A stretch of DNA of 64,000 nt from Callorhinchus milii. Its lineage: Eukaryota. Where the stretch lies: the NCBI RefSeq assembly GCF_018977255.1, contig NW_024704743.1, positions 96,040,001 to 96,104,000 of the forward strand, given 5' to 3'. Each line of letters starts with the position of its first letter. Position 1 is the stretch's first letter. Positions 24,937-37,190 of the stretch are shown one piece after another. The notes under the pieces were generated by a model that did no database searches, had not been told where the DNA came from, and was given only the letters and a program-made list of their open reading frames with translations. A program made the translations under genes and the position numbers.

Positions 24937-25315
24937 CTCTCCCAGCGCCACGTACCTGCGAGACCGCAGCCAATGGCTCCGGTTCTGTGCGAAACCAGGT
25001 ATCTGTTTCCAAACTCACGTGGGGTTGTGGGCAGGTAAATGCAAAAAAAAAAAAAAGTTCTTTAAAGGAGGTCCCAATGTATTTGCATGAATTTCTCACG
25101 CAAAGGGAGGGAGAGGTGGGGGGGGACACAGAAAAATAGCCCTCCTCCCCCTCCTGGGGGTAGCTCTGGTTTAGACGGCTGTAGGTTGTCCTGGTGTAGG
25201 TGCCTCTCCTTTCATTTCATTCCTCTTTTACTAACGAGGGAGGGAGGGAGGGAGACATTTATTGGGAGTCGCTTTTTAGGGTTTAGTTCAGTTGCTGTCT
25301 CTTTTCCTGGGGATC
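24380..25315 (+). promoter_or_regulatory. ESRP1 promoter/5' UTR with clustered CAGGTG/CAGGTA (ZEB/Snail-type) boxes
   Basis: Boxes at 24398, 24473, 24614, 24676, 24953, 24996, 25032; CCAAT at 24781 and 24970; CACGTG 25016; ATTTGCAT 25081; (CA)n 24643-24677 and (CTG)n 24904-24935. Confidence 0.6.
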
Positions 25316-25447
25316 ATGACGGCGTCTCTCGACTACCTGGTGGCTTTATTTGGGGTAACTACCGGGGCGCATGGGAGGAGGCTGGGATCTGATGAGAAGG
25401 AGCTGGTGCTTTTGTTGTGGCAAGTGGTGGATCTGACAAACAAAAAG
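25316..25447 (+). CDS. ESRP1: ESRP1 exon 1 (start codon; DnaQ-like domain)
   Basis: [47 protein letters not shown]|gtacga donor. Confidence 0.95.
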
Positions 25448-25673
25448 GTACGAGACGATCGTTTGCATTTTCCCCTTTATCTCCCGTTCCGAAAACTTGG
25501 TGGTGGGGTGTGGGGTGGGGGGTGGGGGGGGATCGCTTAATTTTTTTAATCCTTAAAAAAANTTATTATCGAACGCATAAGTGAAATTTCCACTTCGAAA
25601 CTTTTTTTGTTCTCGGTTGGGTGTCTGTGTGTGTCTGTGTCTGTGTGTGTCTGTGTGTGTGTGTGTGTTACAG

Positions 25674-25802
25674 GTGGGGAAAGTGCATGAAGTGTTTATC
25701 AAACCGAATAACTTGGAACTAACAGAGCAATGCACCGAAGAAACTGGGATCACGATGGAAAACCTGACTGCAGCAGAACCCTTAGAGGAAGTGCTCCAAC
25801 AG
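25674..25802 (+). CDS. ESRP1: ESRP1 exon 2 (129 nt)
   Basis: VGKVHEVFIKPNNLELTEQCTEETGITMENLTAAEPLEEVLQQ; ttacag / CAG|gtgaat. Confidence 0.95.
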
Positions 25803-27261
25803 GTGAATATACCCCGAGCAGTAAAGGCTGACTTTATTAGGTTTGTGTCTTGGGAGGTGAAATCTGACCTGATGGGAGTCTGTAACTCTGCATTAGATAG
25901 TAACCCCCTCACTCCCTCCCCCCCCCCCCCCCCCCTCCTCCCCACTCCCCCTTACCAAGGAGTTACTTGAGAATTCTTTGTTGGATCAACGCACTCCCGA
26001 AAAGTTCCCAAAACTTTGAAAAGTTCCTGGTGTGGAGTTGCAACTTTCCTTTGTCGGGAAAGATTTCGGGTCGACCACAAAGATTCTGCCGACAAAGCAC
26101 CAGCATCACTGAGATAACCCACAGTACACAGCTCCAGAGCTGCGAGGGTGTGTGTTCGAGTCTAACCTCTGTAAGGATAATTCACCATTAATCTGGTGTT
26201 ACAAAATTGAACGTGTCGGACCGAGTGCAGAATTCATTTATAACCTCTAAAAATATCGTGCAATTTTGCAATTCAATTCACCCAATGGCCTTGTTTTGCT
26301 CTTTGAAAAAGTGCTGAGGATATTGCACCAAAACAACCTGAAATGTCCCATCACATTGAGTAAACATCATACGGCAATTGGCTGTGAAAAGGGACTTTGC
26401 GTATGTTATTTTGTACGATGAAACCGAGTTAAGTAATGTAAAGAAAGTGTTGGTTGAGGTTGTAGACCGACGCCCCCGAAAGATTATAATCTAAAGGCAG
26501 ATATCTGTGTGTGTGTGTGTGTGTGTGTGTGTGATTGTTGGGGTTGGTGCAGTTTGGGGTCGATCTCCCATTCCCCAACAGAAAGCCAATGTCGGGAGGG
26601 TCTGAATGCAATAAGCTCAGGATTTACACTGACCTGAGTCCCTCCACCACAGCTGGAGCGGTGCAGTCAGTCAGTCAGTGCTACTAACATCACAACAAGT
26701 CCTTGTGGAGGCCTGAAGCAATCCGCCTGTACACAGCCTGTGGGTGACTGTACCTGTGCAGTCCGCCCTCTGCAGCCTGTGGTTAGGGTGAGGGCTAACT
26801 CGCTGTTACCTTACACTGCGAACGTTTTAAGAGTTAGAGGCAAAACGCCGGCTGGAGCTGTGAGATTCCCCGACGGACGTACGTCACAGAGATCACTCGG
26901 GGCCGCAGTGTTATCGGGATGTTAAATGTTGCTGAAGAGAAGCAAAACGTTTGTGGAGCTCACCTTTCCCGGCGAGGAAGCGCTCAGAGTGAATGTCACC
27001 TCTCTGGGTGCAATGCTGAAACCAGAAGCCCTTTTTTGCCCTTCGGTGAACACATTAAAAGATCATTTCGTTTTCATTGCTGGAAGAACGATGCACTGGG
27101 ATTCGGGTTAGTTTCTTGTGGGGAGGAGGGAACGTGCCTTGCACTGAGGGGGGTGGTGTGGGAGGGGGGTCTGTGCGAGCACAGTATTTAATTGTCCATT
27201 AAAGTGATTGGAAGGTATTTGGTTCTGATTAGAAATTGTTCTCACACACACACACACGCAG

Positions 27262-27375
27262 TTTAATCGATCTCTGAGCAATGAGCTGAACATTGGAGTG
27301 GACACATCATTCTGTCTCTGTACATTTGGGCAACTGCACATCCGCCAAGTGCTTCATCCCGAAGCCTGTAACAAG
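27262..27375 (+). CDS. ESRP1: ESRP1 exon 3 (114 nt)
   Basis: [38 protein letters not shown]; acgcag / AAG|gtatgt. Confidence 0.95.
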
Positions 27376-28062
27376 GTATGTACTGTGGTGGTGGGTGGGT
27401 GGGGTTGGGGGGGGGGGGTTAATGAAGCCTATTGATTTTGTGGTAATATCAAATGCAGTAAATTCTCTGAGCTCAGCTTAAAAAAAAGTATCATTTAAAT
27501 AATTTTTTAAATCATTTAAATAATTTCTTTGTGGTCGGGTGGGGGGTGGTTACTGTTTTGTGGGAAAAAAAGTGTATTTTGAGCGTTTAAATTAATGTTA
27601 TAAGTTACATATACCGTCAATTCACTTTACAGTATATTCTGTGAAGCGCTTTGAGAAGTCTCGATGATGTGATAAGGTGCTATATCAAATGTTTATTATT
27701 ATTATTATTATATTGCAACGATCTAGTTATGACGACCTTCACATAGTTATGTGTTGGTTTCTTTCAGGGTGGTGGGGCGGCAATATATACAAAAAATACT
27801 ACTGCTTAGCAAAAAATGGGGTGGGCAGGCAACTTCTCCCCCTTGGTGATAGGCCTGTAAATGATTGTAAACAGAATGAAAAAAAATTGCTCACCCCTCC
27901 CAAGAGCTCACGGAAGAGTTACTCTTCCTTCTCGCCCCTCGTGGGCACCAGTGCATATTTGCTTCTGTTTTCCTTGTGGATGTTGTGTTAAGAGATTATT
28001 GTTGCAAACGATATGCAAACGACTAACTATTGATGGTTTCCATTTGGTTCTTCCTCTGACAG

Positions 28063-28177
28063 AATGTCACGCTACCTGAATGCTTCTATTCCTTTTTTGA
28101 TCTACGAAAAGAGCTGAAGAAATGCTGCCCAGGTTCCCCTGATCTGCACAAACTCGATCTCAGTGACATTTCAAAAC
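28063..28177 (+). CDS. ESRP1: ESRP1 exon 4 (115 nt)
   Basis: [38 protein letters not shown]; tgacag acceptor; donor gtatcctttt. Confidence 0.95.
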
Positions 28178-29694
28178 GTATCCTTTTGGGGAAAAAATAC
28201 TTAATTTTGGTTCCTCCCTATTCCCCCTCAATGTTTTTGATCTAGTTTTTTTGTTTTTTACACCACACTGACGGGAGTACCTGAGTTGATTAAATCAATG
28301 CAGAGTGTGGGTTCATCAGTGCCACATGAGGGTTAAAACAATACGATAAGAGTCAAATGAATGTAACCTTTGGTGAAAGGCTTCTGAGCATACGATTACT
28401 ACTGATCACCTCTGGTAACTGCTTGTCACTATTGTCTTAAAGGTGCAAATCCATGGAAAAAGTTTGAGCAAAAGTTTTGTTTTAGATTGTATTTTACCTC
28501 CAATTTCCTCTTCCTAACCTGAAGAATTTGGTTCATTTTTTCTTCTCTTTGGTTACTGTTCAATAGGAATTGGGCCCCCTCCACAACCTCGGCCATTATT
28601 CATAGGTGAGTCTTGACTGTGAGTGTTGGCAGGCTCTTTGACTGGTGACACATCATAGTTCAGCGTGATGCTGAGTCTGTAGATAGCAAACGGGAGCCCT
28701 GGTTGATTTTACTCTCAATTAGTCTGAGGAGCCAAAGCTGAATGTACTATTGCCCTGGCTGAGATCACCTTACTCAGTACAGACTGGGATTCAAACTGCA
28801 ACCTGCTGGTCTATACGCTGAACTGCAGCACCAGTGGCTTTACTCAGTCAGTCATTGAGAGAGAGCTGAGCAGATCTGTTTTGGATTTGTTTTCAAACAC
28901 AATACAGTACAATGAGATAAGTTGTACTGACCTCATATTTATATTGATAAATTGTATTGACTTAATACTGTACGCTGACCTTTACAGTAATAGGTACTTC
29001 AAATAAAGACGTCCAGCCAGCTTTTCTCATTTACGATTATTATTTTTAAACTTTATTTCTCAAAGACAATTTGTACTATGGATTCTAGGAACTAGGGACC
29101 AGGAGAGGGCTGGTCAGCCCATTGAACCCCACCAATTATCATCTTTTTATCTCCTTTTCTCCATATGCCTTAACACCATTATTTTCAAGTATCTTATCTA
29201 TTTATCTACATTGAAACATCCCAATTATTTCTGCCTGCATGGCCTTTTGAGACAGTGTTTTCCACATTTTCGCAGCATTCTGTGTCAAGAAATGTTTTCT
29301 GATCTGACTACGAGCCTTCTAGTATGAAAGCAATTATTAATGTTCTTGCGTTTTTAGAGTCACTCTTATGATATTGTCATCTTTTTAGCATCTAGTGTCT
29401 TTTGGGAGAAGACAAGCAGCTGCTTGTTCAGGTTGATGTTAACAATCTCATGGTACTATTTGAAAGAAAAGGGAGTTTGGCTGGTATCCTGGCCAACAAT
29501 CTTCCAAATAAAAACAAATTCTTATTAACTTCATGGCTATTGTGGGACATTGCTGTATGGAAACTGGCTGCTGCATTTGCCTGCAAATATACAGTCATTA
29601 CACATTATAGAAAAACTCGATGGACTAATATGAGACATTTTGTGCTGCATCAAATGCAAGGATTATTATCAATTTCCTTGATGAGATTCTGCAG
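28178..29694 (+). other. U12-type (minor spliceosome) GT-AG intron 4 of ESRP1
   Basis: 5' splice site GTATCCTTTT; branch-site-like TTTCCTTGAT at 29673-29682, ~12 nt from the AG; no polypyrimidine tract. Confidence 0.9.
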
Positions 29695-29793
29695 ATTTGA
29701 ACCTTGAAGACAACGCAGAAAACAACAGATTTGGTGTTTCAGATATTACAGCAACAAGCAACGTTATATTAGCAATTATTTCCGAACCTTACA
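29695..29793 (+). CDS. ESRP1: ESRP1 exon 5 (99 nt)
   Basis: HLNLEDNAENNRFGVSDITATSNVILAIISEPY; ctgcag / A|gtaagt; phase 1/1. Confidence 0.9.
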
Positions 29794-29867
29794 GTAAGTA
29801 GAATCCTTCCAATATATGTTTATGTTTGCTTTCATGTGAATGAGCTGATTTTGTTATTTCTATTCAG

Positions 29868-29922
29868 ATCACAGGTTCACAGATCCAGAAAGAATAAATC
29901 ACAAATTTGAAACTGGGACCTG
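29868..29922 (+). CDS. ESRP1: ESRP1 exon 6 (55 nt)
   Basis: NHRFTDPERINHKFETGTC; attcag / TG|gtaagt; follows a 74-nt intron. Confidence 0.95.
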
Positions 29923-31432
29923 GTAAGTGTTTAGTGTTTATAATCCAAGACTTGTACAACAGGATTTGTGAGGTACAAAGTTTAGATACATTCAATGATG
30001 ATGTCAAGGGATGGAGGAGGAGAAACAGCACCGCATTCACTGTTAAGTTTTTTGTCGTATTGACTGTATTATCAAACAAAGCAATGACTAAAAGTAAGAG
30101 TTGGGGGATATTTTAACATGATAAAACACTATAAAAATGTTCTTTTCAACAATGCTTCCTGTGGGATGCAAGTTGATGGAGTGGGGATTGTTGTGGAGTA
30201 GTCTCTGAGACAAATAAAGTGGCAGAACTGTGAGCAAATAGGAAGCATAAAAGGTAATAAAGAGTCAATTTGAATGCATTTTACAAAGATTTCTGACACA
30301 AACAGTATACAAATTTTTTTGAGGTTTATGTGTGAAGCCATATTATTGGTAATTAAAGTCATGCAGATGTACAATATTAAATTATTATAAGCACTCTTAA
30401 GACGCTATTCTATGTGAAGGGTGCTATATACATGCAAGTTGTTGTTGTTTTAGTAAATACAAGTAATTATTGGATTTGGTAATAAAATCAAAGCCAGAAT
30501 TGTTGGCATAGAGCAAATAAAAAAGGCATACTTCATCTACATGGACACCCTATGTGTTTTTAGTATGTTTACGGGGATAAACTGTAACATGGGCCGTATA
30601 TGTAACAATTAGGTGCAAGCAGGTGAGTTCATTGTGAAATACTGAGAGGGGGGAAGAAATGAGTATAGTGTAATTGGTGATGACAGAGGGGTTCCCAGGG
30701 AGTTGCTCTCTATTTGTCAATAAACCTATTGACCATCAAAATATCCCATTATAGCACAGCACCAAGGTCAATAAACTCACTGGCAAACAAACACAAAATA
30801 ACCATTGTCGTCAAAACATTACATCCTCTTTCCAACTTTTCAAAATCCGTGAGTTTGGCAGCAAGGACCTATTTACTCAGCCCTTTGGCTAATCTCTGTT
30901 CAAGTTTGATCAAAATAGCTCTTTCACTGCTACCATCATCACCACCGGCACCCATTCTTCTTAAGGATTTTGTTACTTATTTTTTAAGAAAACAGTGTTT
31001 TTCTGTTATGATAGTGATTTTTTTTGTTCAGCCTTGTGTCTGACACATGTAGAAACCCATCACCAGGCTGAAGAGTATCCAAACCAAACTGAGGGTTACA
31101 CATATATTTGCTACCACACACAGAAGGAGAGCTATTTATTGTGGATGACATTCCTATTGGGTTTTAGGATAGTGTGGCTACGAGTGTTGCTTTTATCAAG
31201 GAAGTCTAATTTTGATCATTCTTATACTAAGAAATCTCATTGAAATTGCTATTGAGCACTCTGCTCCAGAAGTAGATCATACACCTGTGAGACAGCATGG
31301 TGCACTAATGTTAGCTTGAAAGAGTCCCCATTCTGGAAACTCGGCTTCCGTATGAAGAAATACCACAAATTAAATCCCAATAAATTTTGTGCAGAAACAT
31401 TTTGTCACTTCCTTGTTTTTTCTAACCAACAG

Positions 31433-31543
31433 CAGCAAAATGGAGATCATTGATGATAACACAATAGTCCGAGCTAGGGGCTTACCCTGGCAATCATCCG
31501 ACCAAGATGTTGCAAGATTCTTCAGGGGCCTCAACATAGCCAA
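31433..31543 (+). CDS. ESRP1: ESRP1 exon 7 (RRM1 start; CAGCAG tandem acceptor)
   Basis: [39 protein letters not shown]|gttagt donor. Confidence 0.95.
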
Positions 31544-32694
31544 GTTAGTATTTAACTCAAGATGCAAGAGTTGATTGTGTTACAGTGATATATCTTTCAA
31601 GACAACTGTAGTCATTGTTAAAACAAAAATTATTATCGAATATTAGTTACTTCCTCCCTTATCTATAATTTTCTTACATTTTATCATGAAGGCATTGACT
31701 TACATTGGATCAACAAGTGCTGGTCTACCTCCAGTATTGTACCCAAAGTTCAGGTACTTTGTATGTGAGCCTAGACAACAAGTATTTGCAGACTTTTTAG
31801 TTGTGAGTGAGTGTGTGTGGACAGGTGGGTAGAAGTAGTCATCACACTTGAGTCCAATCCTGTGTTTAACCAATACTCACAGATGCACTTTGTAGGAAAT
31901 AGTCACAATTACCCTCTTGTCTGGTGGCACTGTAGCCCCCATTCGAACTCAGATAATTCAATACAAATCGGGGATTGAAGCTATTATCATCCATGTCTAT
32001 GGTTCATCTTTGAGACTAAGTAGTCTGAAAATTTGGTAAACTTTACAGGGAGAGTTATGTATTGCTCGTCTCCTCTACCTTGATGAAGTGTGACAAGCAC
32101 ATGGCTTTGTGTCTTCTCACTAGCCATTGCTCAAGTGTGCCTTTCAGTGGCCAGGGCAACATCTTGTTTAATTATTTCCTTCCTCCTGGGGAGTGCTGGT
32201 CTCTAAAATGAGGAATACTCTTGTCCGCATGTCACTCTCACTCTCGTTAGACCTTCTCATTACTCCAAATATGCCACATGAACAGGTCAATCATTGTAGA
32301 TCTATTGTATAGATTTCTCCATTACAACACCTCATAAATCATACCTCAATGCCTCTTAGTTCTTTTCAAAATGCAAGTAAAGAAAATATAATTTTTGGGG
32401 TGGTCAGCCAGGTGTCTCACACATGCAGAAGAGTTATCCAAACTAAACTGAGTTCCATGCAAAAGGTAAAGTAACTGTCTTAGGAACTGAATTACTCGAC
32501 TGCCACAGATAGCTGGCTCGATTCTGATATTCCATTGCCAAACATGTTTCCTTGGAGCCAGTTTAGCTACAAGGAAACCCCGTTTACATGTCGTCCACAC
32601 CACCCCACAAAGGAGAATAGTCACAAGAAAATAGGAACATGTTTAGAAAAAAAGGAAGGCCTTATTCTTGTACATCACAACTTAGATGAGATGG

Positions 32695-33578
32695 ATCCTG
32701 GATGAGAGCCAACTTTCTACAGCTGAATGTCAGCAAGACTGAGGCCCTCCTGATTGGCTCGTGCCAGCTCCTCCACACCTCAGGCACTGGCAGCATCAGA
32801 ATCCACGGATGCACACTCCACCTCACCGAGTCAGTCAGGAACCTGGGCGTTTTGTTCGATCTTCAACTGTCCTTTCTCCCCCATATACATGCTATGACCC
32901 GTTCTGCCTTGCCCCACCTCCACAACATTGCCCAACTCCACCACTGCCTCACCCCTCAGGCCGCCGAAACCCTCATACGTGCATTCGTCACCTCAAAGCT
33001 CAACTACGGAAACTCCCTCCTTTTTCGGCCTTCCCAACTCTTCCCTCCACAAGCTGCAGATCATCCAGAACTCTGCAGCTCTTGCTGTCTCCCGCACCAG
33101 GCTCCGTGACCCCATCATTCCCACGCTTGCCTGGTTCCACTGGCTCCCCATCTCTCAGAATATAGAATCCAAAATCCTCATCCTCACTTTCAAGGCCCTC
33201 CATGGCCTTGCCCCCTCCTATCTCTCTGATCTGCTAACCCCCTATCGACCTGTCCGCTCCCTCCATTCAGCAGGCTGCTGCCTGCTCCATGTCTCTCGCC
33301 CGACCCGCCCTACCATCGGCAGCCAAGCTTTCAGCCTCTCTGCCCCCAATCTTTGGAACTCCATTCCACAATCCCTTCGCTTTGCTCCCTCCTTTGCCTC
33401 CTTCAAGGCACAACTCAAAACCCTCCTTTTCGACCATGTCTTCAGTCACCCTCCTATTTCTCTGCCTTCCCTCATCCCAACCCTACACGCCCACCCTCAG
33501 ATCTCCGACTGTTCAGCACATTGGGATGTCCTTCTGACTTGAAAGGTGCTTTACAAATGTAATTTTGTTGTTGTTGTT
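32695..33578 (+). mobile_element. L2-clade LINE 3' fragment (ORF2 C-terminus)
   Basis: WMRANFLQLNVSKTEALLIG...VRNLGVLFD...HKLQIIQNSAA...HWLPI...KILILTFKALHGLAPSYL; (gtt)n tail. Confidence 0.92.
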
Positions 33579-33994
33579 CTTGGCTTGCATAATAATACAC
33601 TTTTCTGTAACTCACAATCAGATTACTAGAGACAATATTAATGATCCCATTCATAAAATTAATATTGATTCCCTGGACTCAACAACAAGACAACAACAAC
33701 AAGATTCAATTTATAAAGCTTTCATACGATAACACAAACAAGACTGTGGCACAAGGCCATGTAAAATTATTTTACAAGATATACTGAACTATATAATTAT
33801 TGTAAATAATACCTCATTGATTTTATACTAGTCTAGCCCCAAGGTTCAGAAGACAAAAATAAACTACTTGAATTTCATTCTTATAGTTTGTAATGTCAAC
33901 GGAACCTTTAAATGGATTATTACCTTGTTATTTATAGAGGCGCAGGGGGAAGACATAAATGGTCTGATTCAATTTTAAAACAATATTTTTGTGG

Positions 33995-34460
33995 AAACCC
34001 ATAGCTGGTTAGCGCACTTGCCTCGGAAGCGAGTTTGATTCCCGGGTGAGGCAAAACCTTTGTGCCTTGAAGGAGGAAAAGGAGGGAGCAAGACGAAGGG
34101 ATTGTGGAATGGAGTTCCAAAGAGTGGGGGCAAAGAGGCTGAAAGCTTGGCCGCCGATGATAGGGCGGGTCGGGGGGAAAACAGGAGCACACCTCTGTTT
34201 ACCTAGCAGTAAGTTGGAACCCAGCTGTTAGTTGATTGGCAGATCGTTTGCCGTGGGTAATAATCCCTCTAAAAAAAATTCACTCAATCCATGACTGTTT
34301 GTGGGACACTGCTGTATGCAATTGACTGCCAGATTTCGCCCCCAAAATACACAGTCAAATCATTAGGTTTGAATTTGTAAAATTCAGTGTATTCTGTGAA
34401 GCACTTTGAGGCATTTCAATGACTTGATAATGCGCTGTATCAAATGCAAGCATTATTATA
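33995..34460 (+). mobile_element. tRNA-derived SINE with an inserted inverted L2 piece (~34062-34180)
   Basis: tagctggttagcgcact...gtttgattccc head; tail aaatgcaagcattattat. Confidence 0.7.
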
Positions 34461-34883
34461 TTGTAAATACAGTTAGGGGCATCTTACCTATTTGGGCATT
34501 GGCATGCAAGGTTATTAGAAGCAAATGGGAAGAATCTCATCCCCAGTGGCATGTCTATTCCACATGTCTCACTGGGGACTATATGGACTATATATGACTA
34601 TATGGACTATGTATATATATACATAGTCCAGTGCCCTGAACTATGCATTGGATCACTGATTCCACCACAAATTGTTGAATCACTTTCACTCTTCTTTTGC
34701 TGGCTTGTCACCTTAGAGCCAACTCAACTCACCATTTACCTCATTTACCTCGTCGCTCCCACAAACTTCTTCTCACTATCAGCTGTGACCTCTTCAACCT
34801 TCCTGGTCTGTAAACGCCAAAAAGAGTTTAAAAAGAGTGTTTGTGTAAAATCCCATTAATGTTTGTGCTTTTCACTTCCTCAG

Positions 34884-35016
34884 GGGTGGTGCTGCTCTGT
34901 GCCTAAATTCACAAGGAAGGCGGAATGGGGAAGCACTTGTTAGATTTGTTAATGAAGAACACAGAGACCTCGCACTACAACGACACAAACATCATATGGG
35001 GAACCGATATATTGAG
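34884..35016 (+). CDS. ESRP1: ESRP1 exon 8 (133 nt, RRM1)
   Basis: [44 protein letters not shown]; cctcag / GAG|gtatgg. Confidence 0.97.
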
Positions 35017-35719
35017 GTATGGTACAGTTCACTTCTCAATTCTAGGCTTGCAGTTTCTCTAAATGTTTTCAGTGATGTTTATCAATATCATAGATTGCAA
35101 AGGTCTCAATGAACCGAAAACTCAATTTAAAATTTATAAATTCAATATTAAGTTGGAAGATTTCTGCACTTTTCCATGCATTAAGCTTGGAATAGCACAG
35201 ATTGATGCAGGTTCAGATTTCAGACTTTACATCCAATAAGTTTCCAATCTTGCCCAGGATGTTAGAGTGAGGGAGGAAGAGAACGGAACTGAGAGTCACC
35301 TGAGGTACATGTTTGCAGATGAGCAACAACAGAAGCATGTATGGGTTATATTTTCCTTGTGAGTGCTGTAGGTCATCTTCCTGACGTGAAAGACGCTATA
35401 AGAGAAAATTGTATTGTTTTTGATGGCATTGTCAAAGTGAAGGATGGGGACCTTAGGAGGGTTAGAAAAGAGAACGCTGCAATGGGATAAAAAAATACAC
35501 CTGCAAAAATAATTTAACAGTCTCCAGCAGTTCAATAGTTAAGCAGAACACACAAAACACTACTACTAATAATAATCCTTGCAGTTGATAAAGTGCCTTA
35601 TCACGACTTTGAGACGTCTCAAAGCACTTCACAGAATATACTGTAAAGTGAATTGACTATATTTTGTGGGCAAAACGCGGCAGCCAATAATATTCTCATT
35701 GTAATAAACTCTTACGCAG

Positions 35720-35762
35720 GTATACAAAGCAACTGGGGAAGATTTTCTAAAAATTGCAGGAG
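35720..35762 (+). CDS. ESRP1: ESRP1 exon 9 (43 nt)
   Basis: VYKATGEDFLKIAG; acgcag / G|gtaagg. Confidence 0.95.
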
Positions 35763-36888
35763 GTAAGGTTGATGTTGATTTATACAGTTCAATATTATGG
35801 ACATTTCTCTGTACTCCAATAAAGCAAAATAGCTTTTCGCTGTATAATTGTTTGCAAACTAAAATATGTGAGGTTATTACGTAGTGGGGAAGGACTTGGT
35901 AACTAGCAATGTAAAGATAAAGCAACACATTGCGTAATATGTGATAGTGCTTGCATACATAACTTCAACATATAATAGAAGGGGAAGCCTAACCATGTTT
36001 AAGCAAAGACGTTAATGGAGTTTGAATAGGCAATGCTCGTTAGAATTCTGAATTCAGCTAAGTTTCATTGAGCAGATATCCACTAGAAAAATACTTATGC
36101 ATAATTTACATGCTTACACAGCTTCTATGCTTCTGCATAGAAATTAATTAAAGAATTCTTTATAAAAAAAACATGGTTCTTTACTCGGACCTAAACCTTC
36201 TAAAGTATTGTTCCTTATGATTTGATAATCCTTGCATTTCATATAGCACTTTGTCACCTTGTCGAAATGTCTCAACGCATGTCATAAGATTTACTGAAGA
36301 GTTAGTGACTGTGTATTTTGTGGGCGAACATGGCAGCTAATTTTTTCCACAGCAATATCCAATAAACAGCCATAAAGTGAATGAGCAATTTTATGTGGAG
36401 GACTGTTGACTAGGGCATTGGAAGAAGAAACTACCTTCTCTTTTCGAGTGGTGTTATGAATTCTTTAATGACCACCTCAATAGGCAGAAGGGATCTCGGT
36501 TTAACATCTCACCCCAAAGACGCCACTTCAAACACTTCTCAGGCAATGCATTGGAGTGTCAGTCTAGAGTGTATGAACTCAAAAAATCTCTTGGGTTCTT
36601 CAATGGAATCAATTTGCACCAACTATATTTATACTGCTGCCAGGGTAGCCTTGAGCATGATCGTCTCACCTTAAACCCACTTTATATTGTGGTTATACCA
36701 AATTAACTGGAAAATTCCTATATAAACTGAGCATAAGAATTCAGTTGAAAACTATTGTCTGCTGACCGACTAATCAATCGGTTGATTGTAATTCACCATC
36801 TATTAATATAATGTATCTCTAACACAATATAACAATGTTTTCTTGGTTTCTATGCTACAAACTCATATTGTAATATTTGTCTCTGCAG

Positions 36889-37190
36889 GCACCTCCAATG
36901 AAGTAGCTCATTTCTTATCCAAGGAGAATCAAGTTATTGTTCGCATGCGCGGCCTTCCATTCACAGCCACCACTGAGGAAGTCTTGACATTCTTTGGCCC
37001 AAAATGCCCAGTAACAGGTGGAAAAGAGGGAATCTTATTTGTCAAGTATCCTGATGGGAGGCCGACTGGTGATGCCTTTGTATCATTTGCCTGTGAAGAG
37101 TATGCACAAAATGCACTCAAGAAACACAAGGATATGCTGGGAAAGCGCTACATTGAACTGTTCAGGAGCACAGCAGCTGAGGTGCAGCAG
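36889..37190 (+). CDS. ESRP1: ESRP1 exon 10 (302 nt, RRM2)
   Basis: [24 protein letters not shown]...[12 protein letters not shown]...[17 protein letters not shown]; ctgcag / CAG|gttagt. Confidence 0.97.

Noticed and set aside
24692..25129. Poly-Gln, poly-Leu and poly-Ala ORFs upstream of ESRP1
   Set aside because: All arise from one (CTG)n microsatellite in the promoter; no homology or splice support
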